From a virus (lineage: Duplodnaviria; Caudoviricetes), in IMG/VR virus record IMGVR_UViG_3300044878_000092, positions 1 to 24,363 of that record: a DNA stretch of 24,363 nt; one strand, 5' to 3'. The notes below the pieces were generated by a model. The model did no database searches, was not told the origin of the DNA, and worked only from the letters and a program-made list of their open reading frames with translations. A program made the position numbers and the translations under genes. Below, one piece after another: positions 1-9,324 of this stretch (the first letter of the stretch is position 1; every line of letters begins with the position of its first letter).

Positions 1-2
1 CC

Positions 3-1745
3 AAAGTTGCCGAAGAGAGCGCGACCCGGCAAGTAAACGCAATGCAGCGGATCATCGACAAGTCGATCAATCTGACCGCAGGGCGGAATCTGTTGTTGGT
101 CGATCAGCCCCAGCAAAGCCTTAGCGGTTATGGGCTGTTGACCAACGGCGGCACCGCGCCGGCCGCACCGGTTACCCCGCGCAAAACGCCTCAGCAACTG
201 GCTGAAGAGCAGATGGCGCAAATTGTTGCCGGCACCACGCCAAACAAGCCAACCAAAACCCCCAAGGGGCCAAGCGAAAAAGGCGAGCTGAACGCTGCAT
301 TGAGCGCCTTCGATGCTCTTTACAAAAAGGCGGACCCGGCGGCTCAGGCTGTTCGAGACCTGACCGAGGCCCAGGAGAAGCTGCAGCTCGCGCTTTCGAA
401 GGGGAAGATTACGCAGGAGCAGTACGGTGTCGCGCTGGGCCAGGCATCAAGGGATTACGCCGCGGTCATCGCCAAGACAGGTGAGCTTTCCCAGGCCGAG
501 CAATATCGGGCACAGATCCTCAAGCAGCTGCAGAACCAGCAAGATGCGGCCAATGCAGCGGCGGCAGCGGTGGGCATGGGATCCGAACGAGCAGGGCGCG
601 AGCAAGAGCGCCTGAAGCTGGAGAAGGACACCAACGACCGGCTTCTACAGCTTCGCACTGAGCTGGCCAACGCTCAGGGCGAGAAGCAACGCAAAGCCCT
701 GCAAGACCAGATCGACATCACAAGCGAACTGTACCCGCAGCAAGTCGCCATCATGAAAAATGGCTGGGCGCAGGTCGATGCGGCGCAAGCCAACTGGATG
801 AATGGCATCACGGCCGGCTGGGATAACTACCAGGCCAAGGTGCAGGACGTTGCCGGGCAGACTCAAGCCATCATGACCGACTCGCTGGATACGATCACGT
901 CCGGCTACGGTAGCGCATTCTCAAAAATGGCCCTGGATGGCCAGACCTTCGGCGAGGTTACGCGAGGCGTGTTCGATAGCTTGGCGCGATCCGTCCTCGA
1001 TGGCCTGGGGCAGATGGCGGCTCAATGGCTGGTCAATCAGGGCATTCAGCTCGCGTTTGGGCAGACCGAGACGGCGCTGCATGTCGCCAAGATGGCGAGG
1101 ATCGGGACAGAGACGGCTGCCGAGACGGCTAGCGTTGCAACCGTGACGACGGCAAAGGTCGCGGCTGACGGTATATCCACGGCCTCGTCTTTGGCAGCAA
1201 CGGCTACCACTACCACGGCGCAAGTCGCGGCGGCCGGTACAACCCTCGCGTCTTGGCTGCCTGCAGCCCTGGTCGCGTCGATCGGCACCTTCGGCGCTGC
1301 AGCAGTCGTCGGCGGTGGCGCTCTTTTGGCGGCCTTCGCCCTGATCAAAGGCTTCTCCGGCGGCGGCTATACCGGTTCTGGCGGCGTCAATGAGCCGGCC
1401 GGCATCGTCCACAAGGGCGAGGTCGTATGGAGCCAGGCAGACATCAAGCGTTTCGGTGGTGTTGAGTCGGTCGAGGCCATGCGCCGGGGTGAGGCTATGC
1501 CGGCGGGCGTCAGTTCGTCAGGCAGCAGCACTTCAAAGTCTTCCGCTAGCACGACCAGCTCCGCGCCAAGCGAAAGGCCTCTGATCGTCAATCTTCATGA
1601 GGATGCAAGCCGGGCAGGACAGGTCAATCGCCGCCAGCTCACCGAGCAGGATGTGGTCGACATCTACGTGGCCAACATCCGCGGCGAGAAAGAAATGCAC
1701 CAAGTAAACCAAGAGAAGTACGGCTTGCAGTCACAAGGTGTCTAA
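3..1745 (+). CDS. Phage tail tape measure protein, C-terminal part (5' end lies upstream of the window)
   Basis: The frame is open from position 3 (AAA GTT GCC...) through the ORF 42..1745. Ala/Gln-rich coiled-coil with lambda-type C-terminal tape-measure signature (W..G...GW.NY...VQDVAGQT), a hydrophobic Ala/Gly stretch and the GFSGGGYTGSGGVNEPAGIVHKGEVV motif. Tail tip genes follow. Confidence 0.9.
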   Translation, partial: KVAEESATRQVNAMQRIIDKSINLTAGRNLLLVDQPQQSLSGYGLLTNGGTAPAAPVTPRKTPQQLAEEQMAQIVAGTTPNKPTKTPKGPSEKGELNAALSAFDALYKKADPAAQAVRDLTEAQEKLQLALSKGKITQEQYGVALGQASRDYAAVIAKTGELSQAEQYRAQILKQLQNQQDAANAAAAAVGMGSERAGREQERLKLEKDTNDRLLQLRTELANAQGEKQRKALQDQIDITSELYPQQVAIMKNGWAQVDAAQANWMNGITAGWDNYQAKVQDVAGQTQAIMTDSLDTITSGYGSAFSKMALDGQTFGEVTRGVFDSLARSVLDGLGQMAAQWLVNQGIQLAFGQTETALHVAKMARIGTETAAETASVATVTTAKVAADGISTASSLAATATTTTAQVAAAGTTLASWLPAALVASIGTFGAAAVVGGGALLAAFALIKGFSGGGYTGSGGVNEPAGIVHKGEVVWSQADIKRFGGVESVEAMRRGEAMPAGVSSSGSSTSKSSASTTSSAPSERPLIVNLHEDASRAGQVNRRQLTEQDVVDIYVANIRGEKEMHQVNQEKYGLQSQGV

Positions 1746-1789
1746 TGCGTTAACATAGGGTCTCTTCAGAGGGACTGAATGGAGCCCCA

Positions 1790-2275
1790 ATGAGCAACCC
1801 TATCAACATCGCCTACGCCTCGGTCGGCAACGACCTGTTCGTCGATACGATCGAGGCGACCTGTTCCGCGTGGGCGGCACCGATCCTCATCTGCTCCGGC
1901 TATGAGGATCGCGTCTGCGGCACGGAGGACGGGCGCACGCTCGTCTTTTTGAAGATGGCGGTGGAAGAGGCCCTGCCCGTGCGGGACAACAGCGGCTACC
2001 AGAACCTGAACATTGCTTTGGATAACACCGACGGCAAGGTGCAGGCGGCCATCGAACAGGCGCGTGCAGCATCGGCGCGCATCATTCTGACGAAGCGTCG
2101 CTACCTTGAAAGCAACCTGACCTACCCGGCAGAGCGCTATCGGCTGTCGGTGCTTAACCGGCAGTACGCCAACGACGTGGCCACGCTGACGTGCGGCATG
2201 TTCGACCTGCTGGGAACGGCTTTCCCGCGCAACAACCTGACTTCGGACAAAGCACCGGGGCTGATCTTCATATGA
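1790..2275 (+). CDS. DUF1833-family minor tail protein
   Basis: 161 aa; GGAG RBS upstream; sits between tape measure and NlpC/P60 genes; C-terminal FDLLGTAFPR...APGL typical of DUF1833. Confidence 0.75.
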   Translation: MSNPINIAYASVGNDLFVDTIEATCSAWAAPILICSGYEDRVCGTEDGRTLVFLKMAVEEALPVRDNSGYQNLNIALDNTDGKVQAAIEQARAASARIILTKRRYLESNLTYPAERYRLSVLNRQYANDVATLTCGMFDLLGTAFPRNNLTSDKAPGLIFI

Positions 2276-2655
2276 AGACCATCGCGGATTACCTGTCGGC
2301 ACCTTATCGGGACGGCGCGCGCGGGCCGCTGGCGTTCGACTGCTACGGCCTGGTCAACGCGGTGCGGCACGAAGTGTTCGGCCTGCCGCTACTGCCAGCG
2401 CTGGGCGGTGTCGGCCGGGCCAAGCTGCGCGAGAACACCAAGGCCTACCGCGAGGTCAGCGCCGGTCTGGAAGAGTGCCAACCAGAGCCTGGCGCCATTG
2501 CCTCGGCACTGATTGGCGAGTTCCTGGATCACGTCGGCGTGGTTGTGTACCTGGACGGCCAGCTGAAGGTGCTCGACACCAATCCCGGAGGCCCCCGCAT
2601 TCGCACTATTCGCGACTTCGAGCAGCGTTATCAACGAGTGGTGTACTACCGATGA
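2272..2655 (+). CDS. NlpC/P60-like tail tip assembly protein (lambda gpK-like position)
   Basis: ATGA overlap with the previous stop gives start 2272 (MKTIADYL). Contains PYRDGARGPLAFDCYGLV (catalytic Cys) and HVGVV (His). Confidence 0.8.
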   Translation: MKTIADYLSAPYRDGARGPLAFDCYGLVNAVRHEVFGLPLLPALGGVGRAKLRENTKAYREVSAGLEECQPEPGAIASALIGEFLDHVGVVVYLDGQLKVLDTNPGGPRIRTIRDFEQRYQRVVYYR

Positions 2656-5600
2656 CTGTTGAATTCTTCCCGAACAAAATGGCCGGCTGCCAACCGCTGG
2701 CCACCTACACCACGCACGAACGCATGACGATCGAGGCCTGGCTCAAGGGCATGACGGAACACTACCAGCGTGCCCCAGTGCAGCCGGTCAGCGTCGAGCT
2801 CAATGGCGAATTGATCTGCCCGACGCTCTGGCACAAGGTCAAGTTCAAGCCGGCCGATCACGTCCAAATCTGGAACGAGCCGAAAGGCTCCGACCCGTTC
2901 ACCATCACCGCCCTGCTGATTGTTGGCGCATTTGCCGCGAGCAAGATGCTCATGCCCAAGATGCCCGGCATGCCAGCCAATACCGGTGTCGCCCAAGGCA
3001 GCCCGCTCGACGAAGCCAGCGCCAAGGGCAACAAGGTCAAGCTCGGCGAACTGATTCGCAACGTCGCCGGGCATCAGAAGGTGTTCCCGTCGTACCTGGC
3101 TGAGCCGCGCACCTGGTTTGCCGCACCACGCGAAAAATGGGTGGAGATGCTGCTGTACGTCTCCGAAGGTGCGGTGGCACTTAGCAAGCTCAAGGTGGGC
3201 GAAACCCCGCTGATCTCTCTTGGTTCCGATGCTCAGGTGATGATCTACGCGCCCGGCGCCGACGTGTCAGCCGATACCGCCTCGATGCTGTGGTTTAACG
3301 CCAAGGAAGTCGGCGCGAGCTCGAGCGGCACGTCAGGGCTTGAATTGACCGTGTCGACCAACCTCACCCCGTCCGCCACGGCCTCGGCCTATCAGTTCAA
3401 CGGCGACACGATCGCCATTCCGTCCGGCGCCGGAAGTTTCCCGGCAGACTGGGAAACCGGTCTGGTGATTCGTGCTCTGGCGCCCTACACCTACACCGTG
3501 GTCGATGGCGGCGCAGGCCGCGACATCGTGCAAGGTCCGCTGGAAATGCTCAGTCCTACCCCCGGCATGCTGATTGAAGTAGCCGGAGCGAACGCTGGCA
3601 ACTACGTCGTCAACTCGTACACACCGTATGCTCCAGCGGTGCCGCCGACCTCTGGCACCGCCTCGACGATCCTCGGCTCAAGCATCCCGGCGCGCTATGA
3701 CTTCGACGTGACCCCGCTGTCGGTCACCGTGACGCTGGGCGGCACGCCGTATGCGGTCAACCTGACGACGGCGACCACCGATCTTGCTGGACTGGTATCG
3801 GCTTTCAACACGGCCAAGGGTTCGGCGCCATTCCTGGCCAGCGCCTCGTCCGGCAAGTTGCTGATCACGCAGTTCGGCACCTTCGGCGGCGAAACCATGG
3901 TGGCCACCGGCGGCGCCGATATCCTCGGTTCCAGCCCGGTCAACACCACCGGCACAGCGGCAAGCGCCGGCATGCCCGAAGTCCCGGCACAGATGACCCT
4001 GGACTACGACGGCGGCGCACCGGTTGTTGGTTTGGCCCTCGGCTCTGGCTTGGCCACCATCGGCCCGCGCGGCCTGCGCTACCGGATCACGGCGTTCAGC
4101 ACCTCGATCATGACCGTTGACCGGCTCACCGCGTCGGGCTCGGTGGATTCCGGATGGATTGGATTCAATCCAATGGAAACCGTAAACGGCTTGGTCACCC
4201 TCGATCCATCCAGTCTCGAGGGCGGCTATCGCGGCCCGTTCGCTTGCTCGCCAGAGAATGAAAAGGTCACGCGCATCGAGTACACCATCGCCTTCGACGG
4301 CCTGATCGGCATGGGCCGGAAAGGTGATGAATACACGATCTACTCGTCGCATCAGTTCGAGTGGCGAGACATGGATGTTGCCGGGGCGTGGACCGTCCGG
4401 ACGCAAAGCGTTACCGGTCACTCGCGGGATGCGCAAGGCTTCACCTTTTGGTTCGATCTGCCCTACCCGATGCGGCCAGAAGGCAGGCTCAAGCGCCTAC
4501 CCAAAGGCGGCGGTTCTAACAGCGCCGAGTGGATCGACAGCCCGAGATGGGAAAGTCTGCGTGGCTTGCGTCAGACGCGGCCGACCAGCTACCCGGGCAT
4601 GACCGTGATGTCCGTCAAAATTCGCGGCGGTGATCGACTGTCTGCGCAATCGGAAAGCCAGATCAACGGCGAAGCAACCCGCGTGCTGCCGGTTCGCTCG
4701 GGCGGGGCTTGGCAGGCGCCGGTGGCCACCCGCGGCATCGTGCCCTGGTGCCTGCATGTCCTGAAGTCGCTGGGCTATGAAGACGGCGACATCGACCTGG
4801 AAGAGTGGGATCGGCTGGACCTGGTATTCAACGCCGCCGGCCAGTATTACGACGAGACCATCGACGACAACAGCACCGCCAAGGATCGGCTCAACGATGC
4901 GCTGGCTTGCGGCTTTGCCGAGCTGACCATCAAGAACGGCCTGGTCAGCCTGGTGCGCGACGAGCCGCGGGCGATATTCGATATCACCTACGGCCCGAAG
5001 ACGCAGACCTACAGCCCGCAAAACATGACCAAGAAGCTCAGCATCGCCGGGCCGCTGACTTCGCTCAACGACATCGACGGCGTGGATGTCGAGTATTTCT
5101 CGAACATCACCTGGGCCTGGGAAACCGTGCCGTGCCGCTGGCCAGGCGATGCCGGCAACAAGGTCGAGAAGGTCAAGCTGCCGGGTGTGGGCGATCGCAA
5201 CCGGGCGTATCAGTTCGGCATGCGCCGTCGCGGACACCAGAAGTTCCGGCAGGACACCTACACCTGGGAAACCGAACTGGCCGGCATGAACTCGGACTAC
5301 CTGAGTTTCTGCGCGGTGGCCAGCGATACCCCGGGTCAATGCCAGAGCGCCGAGCTTGTCAGCGTGCAGGCGGTCAGTGGCGGCTTCGTGCTGGAGTCGT
5401 CGGAGCCGATCGACTGGTCAGCGCCCGAGATTTACAAAGTCGGCATCAGTCGTGCTGATGGCTCTCTCTCAGGTCCCTACCAGGGGACACAAATCGACGA
5501 ATACCACGTCCAGGTCGCCGACCTCGACTTCGTACCCGACACCAGCATGAGCGGAAACATGAAGTTGCCCCAGTTGCTGATCGGGCCTTGGTCGAAGTGG

Positions 5601-5711
5601 GCCTACCCGGTCCTGGCCACGCGCTCCGACCCATCCAACGGCAACGTCGCGATGAAGGGCATGCCCTATGACGCCCGCGTTTACACCTACGACAGCGCCA
5701 CGGCGCCATAA
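2652..5711 (+). CDS. Host-specificity / tail tip hub protein (gpJ/TipJ-like)
   Basis: ATGA overlap sets start 2652 (MTVEFFPNK), about 1019 aa. N-terminal gpI-like segment, then J-like motifs (YPGMTVMSVKIRGGDRLSAQSE, DGVDVEYFSNITWAWETV, YDARVYTYD). Confidence 0.85.
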   Translation: MTVEFFPNKMAGCQPLATYTTHERMTIEAWLKGMTEHYQRAPVQPVSVELNGELICPTLWHKVKFKPADHVQIWNEPKGSDPFTITALLIVGAFAASKMLMPKMPGMPANTGVAQGSPLDEASAKGNKVKLGELIRNVAGHQKVFPSYLAEPRTWFAAPREKWVEMLLYVSEGAVALSKLKVGETPLISLGSDAQVMIYAPGADVSADTASMLWFNAKEVGASSSGTSGLELTVSTNLTPSATASAYQFNGDTIAIPSGAGSFPADWETGLVIRALAPYTYTVVDGGAGRDIVQGPLEMLSPTPGMLIEVAGANAGNYVVNSYTPYAPAVPPTSGTASTILGSSIPARYDFDVTPLSVTVTLGGTPYAVNLTTATTDLAGLVSAFNTAKGSAPFLASASSGKLLITQFGTFGGETMVATGGADILGSSPVNTTGTAASAGMPEVPAQMTLDYDGGAPVVGLALGSGLATIGPRGLRYRITAFSTSIMTVDRLTASGSVDSGWIGFNPMETVNGLVTLDPSSLEGGYRGPFACSPENEKVTRIEYTIAFDGLIGMGRKGDEYTIYSSHQFEWRDMDVAGAWTVRTQSVTGHSRDAQGFTFWFDLPYPMRPEGRLKRLPKGGGSNSAEWIDSPRWESLRGLRQTRPTSYPGMTVMSVKIRGGDRLSAQSESQINGEATRVLPVRSGGAWQAPVATRGIVPWCLHVLKSLGYEDGDIDLEEWDRLDLVFNAAGQYYDETIDDNSTAKDRLNDALACGFAELTIKNGLVSLVRDEPRAIFDITYGPKTQTYSPQNMTKKLSIAGPLTSLNDIDGVDVEYFSNITWAWETVPCRWPGDAGNKVEKVKLPGVGDRNRAYQFGMRRRGHQKFRQDTYTWETELAGMNSDYLSFCAVASDTPGQCQSAELVSVQAVSGGFVLESSEPIDWSAPEIYKVGISRADGSLSGPYQGTQIDEYHVQVADLDFVPDTSMSGNMKLPQLLIGPWSKWAYPVLATRSDPSNGNVAMKGMPYDARVYTYDSATAP

Positions 5712-5720
5712 GGACGGCAA

Positions 5721-6176
5721 ATGATCCCATACCCGGAAGGCCTGCCGTATCCGCTGCGCGACGGCTACGACATGAACACGACGGACCCGGCCGCTCACAC
5801 CCCGCTGGCTAACGGTCAGATCATCTCGCGCCGCAGGTTCAGCAATGTTCCGACATTCCCGTCAGTCACCTGGGAAATGGACGACGGCCAGGCGCAGATT
5901 TTCATGGCCTGGCACCAGTACACCCTGAACGAAGGTGTCGAGTGGTTCGACTGTCCGCTCAAGACGCCGATCGGCATTGATACCTATCAAGCCAGATTCA
6001 AAGAGATGTACAGCGGGCCAACGCTGGTTGGGATTTCCCGCTGGCGCTTCCGGGCCGTCCTGCAACTGCTCAAGCGGCCAATCATCGACAAGGACTGGCT
6101 GATCTATGCCCCGGAATACGTCCTGCACTCCGACATCGTCGACATCGCCGTAAATCGTGACTGGCCAGAAGCATGA
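5721..6176 (+). CDS. Minor tail protein (distal-tail, lambda gpM-like)
   Basis: 151 aa; AAGGA RBS; YPEGLPYPLRDGY and F.AW....LNEGVEWF..PLKTPIG...YQARF pattern of Pseudomonas siphophage minor tail proteins. Confidence 0.7.
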   Translation: MIPYPEGLPYPLRDGYDMNTTDPAAHTPLANGQIISRRRFSNVPTFPSVTWEMDDGQAQIFMAWHQYTLNEGVEWFDCPLKTPIGIDTYQARFKEMYSGPTLVGISRWRFRAVLQLLKRPIIDKDWLIYAPEYVLHSDIVDIAVNRDWPEA

Positions 6177-6234
6177 CCGTGGCCCAACAAAAAACCAATT
6201 CGCCCATCGGGCTACGCATGCCTGGAGCTAACGC

Positions 6235-8931
6235 ATGACAATTTACGCAACCGGCAACCCGGTCGGCTCGACCAACCCGAAAGACCTGAAGGATAACGCG
6301 CAGAATCTGGATTGGTTGATCCTTGGTCCGGCCGCCAGCTATCCAGACCGCCTCGGCGTCAACCGCCTGTCGTGGGCCGGCATCGAGGCGGCGTTTGCGG
6401 CAGCGCAGGCGGCGCGGTCGAGCGAGTACGCTGCAGACAAGTCGTATCGTGACGCGACGTACACTGCCGACAAGGCCTACCGCGACACCACGTTCTCTGC
6501 AGACCAAGCCTACCGGGTCACCCAGTTCAACGCATTTCTAGCGTCTAGCGGTTACGAAACGCCCGTTGATTACGTGGCTGGCATTTCGGTTACGCGCTCG
6601 ACGCAAATCCTGAAGTACTTGGGCGAGCTGTACCGACCTAAGGTCGCGTCTTTGCCTTTTACTACCACCGTGTGGGCAACTGACGCAGCAAAGCTAATTG
6701 CTAACGGTGACAACTCGCTACGCCAAGATATGGCGAACATTGTTGCGGACCCGAGCAAGGGTTCGGCCTTGGTTGGCTACAAGCGCGCAGCGCTGGCTGA
6801 CACGATAAAAACAGTCGGCCAGATGCTTTCCGTGCAAGCCTACAACGTATGGGAGTATGCGAACCTCATCACCGGCAAGCCAACAACCGACCCGGCCACA
6901 TGGGACTGGGCGCCCGCCATCGTGGCTGCCTGGAATGCGACACCGATTGGCGGCTCCCTTGTTATTCCGATGGGGGTGCACATTGGTTCGGCCGTTACCC
7001 TGACAGACAAGGCGGTCAATCTGTTCTGCATGGGTCCGATCACGGTCGCTGATGGTAATTTTACGGCCCTGTACTTCGACGGCACGGCCAACGTGACCGA
7101 GTACCCGGGCACAATCCTGACTGGAATTACGGCATCAGACACGAAGCTGAGTTTCGTCCCGGGGATGGCGCCCGCGCTCAACCCAACGGATTACTACCTG
7201 GTCATCTACTCGCTTGAGGCCAACGTAAACAGGGTCAACGAGACGTACTACATCCCTTACAGCAAGCGGGAAACTCACGGGCTCAGCCACTATGACTGGT
7301 CGCTCCACGATCCAATCCTGTACACCTATGCTGATCTGTCGGGTGTCACCTTGCGGTTCATCAAGAAGGCCGACAGGACCAAGATCGTCGGCCTGACGCT
7401 GCAGGCAGACGCCAGTACAAACCGCTCCGCGCGCGATCTTCTGCGCACCCGCTGCAAGAGCTGCGTGGACTTCGAGGGCCTGCACATCAACAGCGCCCTG
7501 GCCAATCGCGCAGGGTTTGGCTTCGAAATCTACGAGTGTTTTGATTTCGTGCTCAACTCGCCTCGGGTATCTGGCTACAACGTAAGCGGGGTTGACTCGT
7601 ACAAGATCAGAAGCTTCATGTCGGCGCACCTGGTCTTTAACAACTACATCGATGCCACTGACGCTGACCCCGTCTCGCCCAATACCAAAACAGAGCGCGC
7701 CTACGCCTCGATGTACAGCAACATGATCACCTTCAACAATTGCTTCCTGAATGGGATCGATGAGCACTACGGCAGTCGATACGTGATCAACGGCGGCAGT
7801 CTGTCCCATCGAGGTATCGGGTTTGCAGGGCGAGACGTGACGATCAACGGGACGAAGTTTACCGGCCCCGGCGTGCTATTCCAGCCCCGCGATGATTCAC
7901 CATCTTGTCACGGCACGCTGCGCATTAATAATGTTGAGATAGACGCGGTTAGCCAGTTGATCCTGGGTGAAACAGGCATCATCACAGACCCGCTGGGGCG
8001 CACCACGCCGTTCAAAATGTTCGACCGGATACTTGTCGATGGAGTGGTAGTAAAAGGTGGTCTTCAGTCTTGGGAGAACATTATTTCGTTCCGCGGCATC
8101 CGCAACGCAACAACCTTCACTTCATCCAAGACCACATTGATTGATGTGCGCAACTTGAAGGTCTACAGCGAAAGAACCAACGTCAACCACAGCGTAATGC
8201 AGTTCGCGAGCATCTGGGTCGACACGGTTAACGCAGAAAACTGGGAGATCGCTGATAGCGCGGTTGCGTACCGGGGAGACATTCGATACCTGGGGCCAGC
8301 CTACGACGCTCTCAACATCGGCGAGCTGAAACTTTCCAACAGCCGAGCGACTGTTTACGGGATTCGGAACACGGCCAAGTTCACAATGCGCGGCGGTTCT
8401 CTGGCCGGTAGCGGTGAGAGCCTGCTGGTGGAGGGGGGCTTTGGTGCTGTGGCCGTATCGCTGAAAGGGGTTGAGCTGAACAAGCCCTTGGCAGAGTCGG
8501 TTCCAGTGGCCGGAGTAAACCCAACTTGGGATATTGTTGAGTGCACGATAAATGTTGCCCCTAGCAACTTGACCGGTCGAATTGCGCGAGGGCTTCGCAA
8601 TAGCATAGCTCTCGGCGTGACCATTCCCGGAGCGCTGGTGGGCAAGCTGCGGGTGTACGAGGACGCCACCCTATTCGCGCCTACCACGATACTTGCAACC
8701 GGTTCGTGGACGATCCCGGCTATCGCGTCGGGGGCGTCCGCGTCTAACACCTTCACGGTCACAGGCGCAGCGTTCGGCGATCAAATTGACGTTTCGGTGT
8801 TCTCGGGAGCGCTTGTCGTATCGGCGCAGATAACTTCAGCCAACACGGTTACCGTAGTGATCGCCAACAACTCGGGGGCCTCGGTAACGCTCGGGGCTCA
8901 AACTCTGCGGTTCACCGTACGGAAAATCTAA
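6235..8931 (+). CDS. Tailspike / receptor-binding protein, probably with a beta-helical polysaccharide depolymerase body
   Basis: 898 aa; GGAG RBS; conserved N-terminal anchor (MTIYATGNPVGSTNPKDLKDNAQNLD); WDWAPAIVAAW cap preceding a long beta-rich Asn/Ile/Val region; C-terminal IPAIASGASASNTFTVTGAAFGD domain; codon usage more AT-rich than the flanking tail genes. Confidence 0.8.
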   Translation: MTIYATGNPVGSTNPKDLKDNAQNLDWLILGPAASYPDRLGVNRLSWAGIEAAFAAAQAARSSEYAADKSYRDATYTADKAYRDTTFSADQAYRVTQFNAFLASSGYETPVDYVAGISVTRSTQILKYLGELYRPKVASLPFTTTVWATDAAKLIANGDNSLRQDMANIVADPSKGSALVGYKRAALADTIKTVGQMLSVQAYNVWEYANLITGKPTTDPATWDWAPAIVAAWNATPIGGSLVIPMGVHIGSAVTLTDKAVNLFCMGPITVADGNFTALYFDGTANVTEYPGTILTGITASDTKLSFVPGMAPALNPTDYYLVIYSLEANVNRVNETYYIPYSKRETHGLSHYDWSLHDPILYTYADLSGVTLRFIKKADRTKIVGLTLQADASTNRSARDLLRTRCKSCVDFEGLHINSALANRAGFGFEIYECFDFVLNSPRVSGYNVSGVDSYKIRSFMSAHLVFNNYIDATDADPVSPNTKTERAYASMYSNMITFNNCFLNGIDEHYGSRYVINGGSLSHRGIGFAGRDVTINGTKFTGPGVLFQPRDDSPSCHGTLRINNVEIDAVSQLILGETGIITDPLGRTTPFKMFDRILVDGVVVKGGLQSWENIISFRGIRNATTFTSSKTTLIDVRNLKVYSERTNVNHSVMQFASIWVDTVNAENWEIADSAVAYRGDIRYLGPAYDALNIGELKLSNSRATVYGIRNTAKFTMRGGSLAGSGESLLVEGGFGAVAVSLKGVELNKPLAESVPVAGVNPTWDIVECTINVAPSNLTGRIARGLRNSIALGVTIPGALVGKLRVYEDATLFAPTTILATGSWTIPAIASGASASNTFTVTGAAFGDQIDVSVFSGALVVSAQITSANTVTVVIANNSGASVTLGAQTLRFTVRKI
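6433..6531 (+). repeat. Three imperfect 33-bp tandem repeats encoding 11-aa units
   Basis: Units start at 6433, 6466 and 6499 and encode ADKSYRDATYT / ADKAYRDTTFS / ADQAYRVTQFN. Confidence 0.85.
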
Positions 8932-8932
8932 C

Positions 8933-8972
8933 GCCACACCCCCTTCCTGCTGTGCGGGGAGGGGGGGTTGGC
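8933..8972 (+). other. GC-rich stem-loop immediately after the tailspike stop
   Basis: CCCTTCCTGC-TGT-GCGGGGAGGG pairs (with G-U), extendable outward; no clear U-tract, so a processing or stability hairpin or weak terminator. Confidence 0.45.
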
Positions 8973-9007
8973 TCAAAACATTAAGTTAATCGGCAGAGGA
9001 CCTAGAA

Positions 9008-9262
9008 ATGGCACTTCGAAAAGATATTGAGTTCCGCGGCGTGTAAGTGCCGGACACCTACATAAAAATCGCGACCACTACGATAGTAGAGGGTAACGAG
9101 TGGCTGGACTTTAGCGTGCATTACCTGGCCGACGGGGCGAATACACCGTTCAACAGTGTGAACGTGCAGTGTGCTTACTCCCTGCTTGGGGAAAACCCAA
9201 TCAAGCAAGGCTATGAGTACCTAAAGACTCTGCCCGAGTTCGAAGGCTGCACCGACTGCTGA
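9008..9262 (+). pseudogene. Small tailspike-associated protein interrupted by an in-frame TAA at codon 13
   Basis: AGAGGA RBS then ATG 9008: MALRKDIEFRGV*(TAA 9044-9046)VPDTYIKI...GENPIKQGYEYLKTLPEFEGCTDC. The C-terminus resembles the small proteins found after Pseudomonas tailspikes. Confidence 0.7.
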
Positions 9263-9281
9263 CATTTAGCGGCTGACCAAT

Positions 9282-9305
9282 AGCCCGCCATCGAGCGGGC
9301 TTTTT
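9282..9305 (+). terminator. Intrinsic terminator-like hairpin between tail genes and endolysin
   Basis: AGCCCGC-CATCGA-GCGGGCT followed by TTTT. Confidence 0.7.
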
Positions 9306-9324
9306 CATGCCTGGAGAAAAAGGA

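Noticed and set aside
2475-2651. 59-aa N-terminal extension of the J-like ORF in the track
   Set aside because: It overlaps the NlpC/P60 gene; the ATGA junction at 2652 is the more plausible start.
6235-9262. Diversity-generating retroelement or invertible tail-fibre cassette
   Set aside because: No reverse transcriptase, invertase, duplicated spike 3' end or template repeat is visible in the window.
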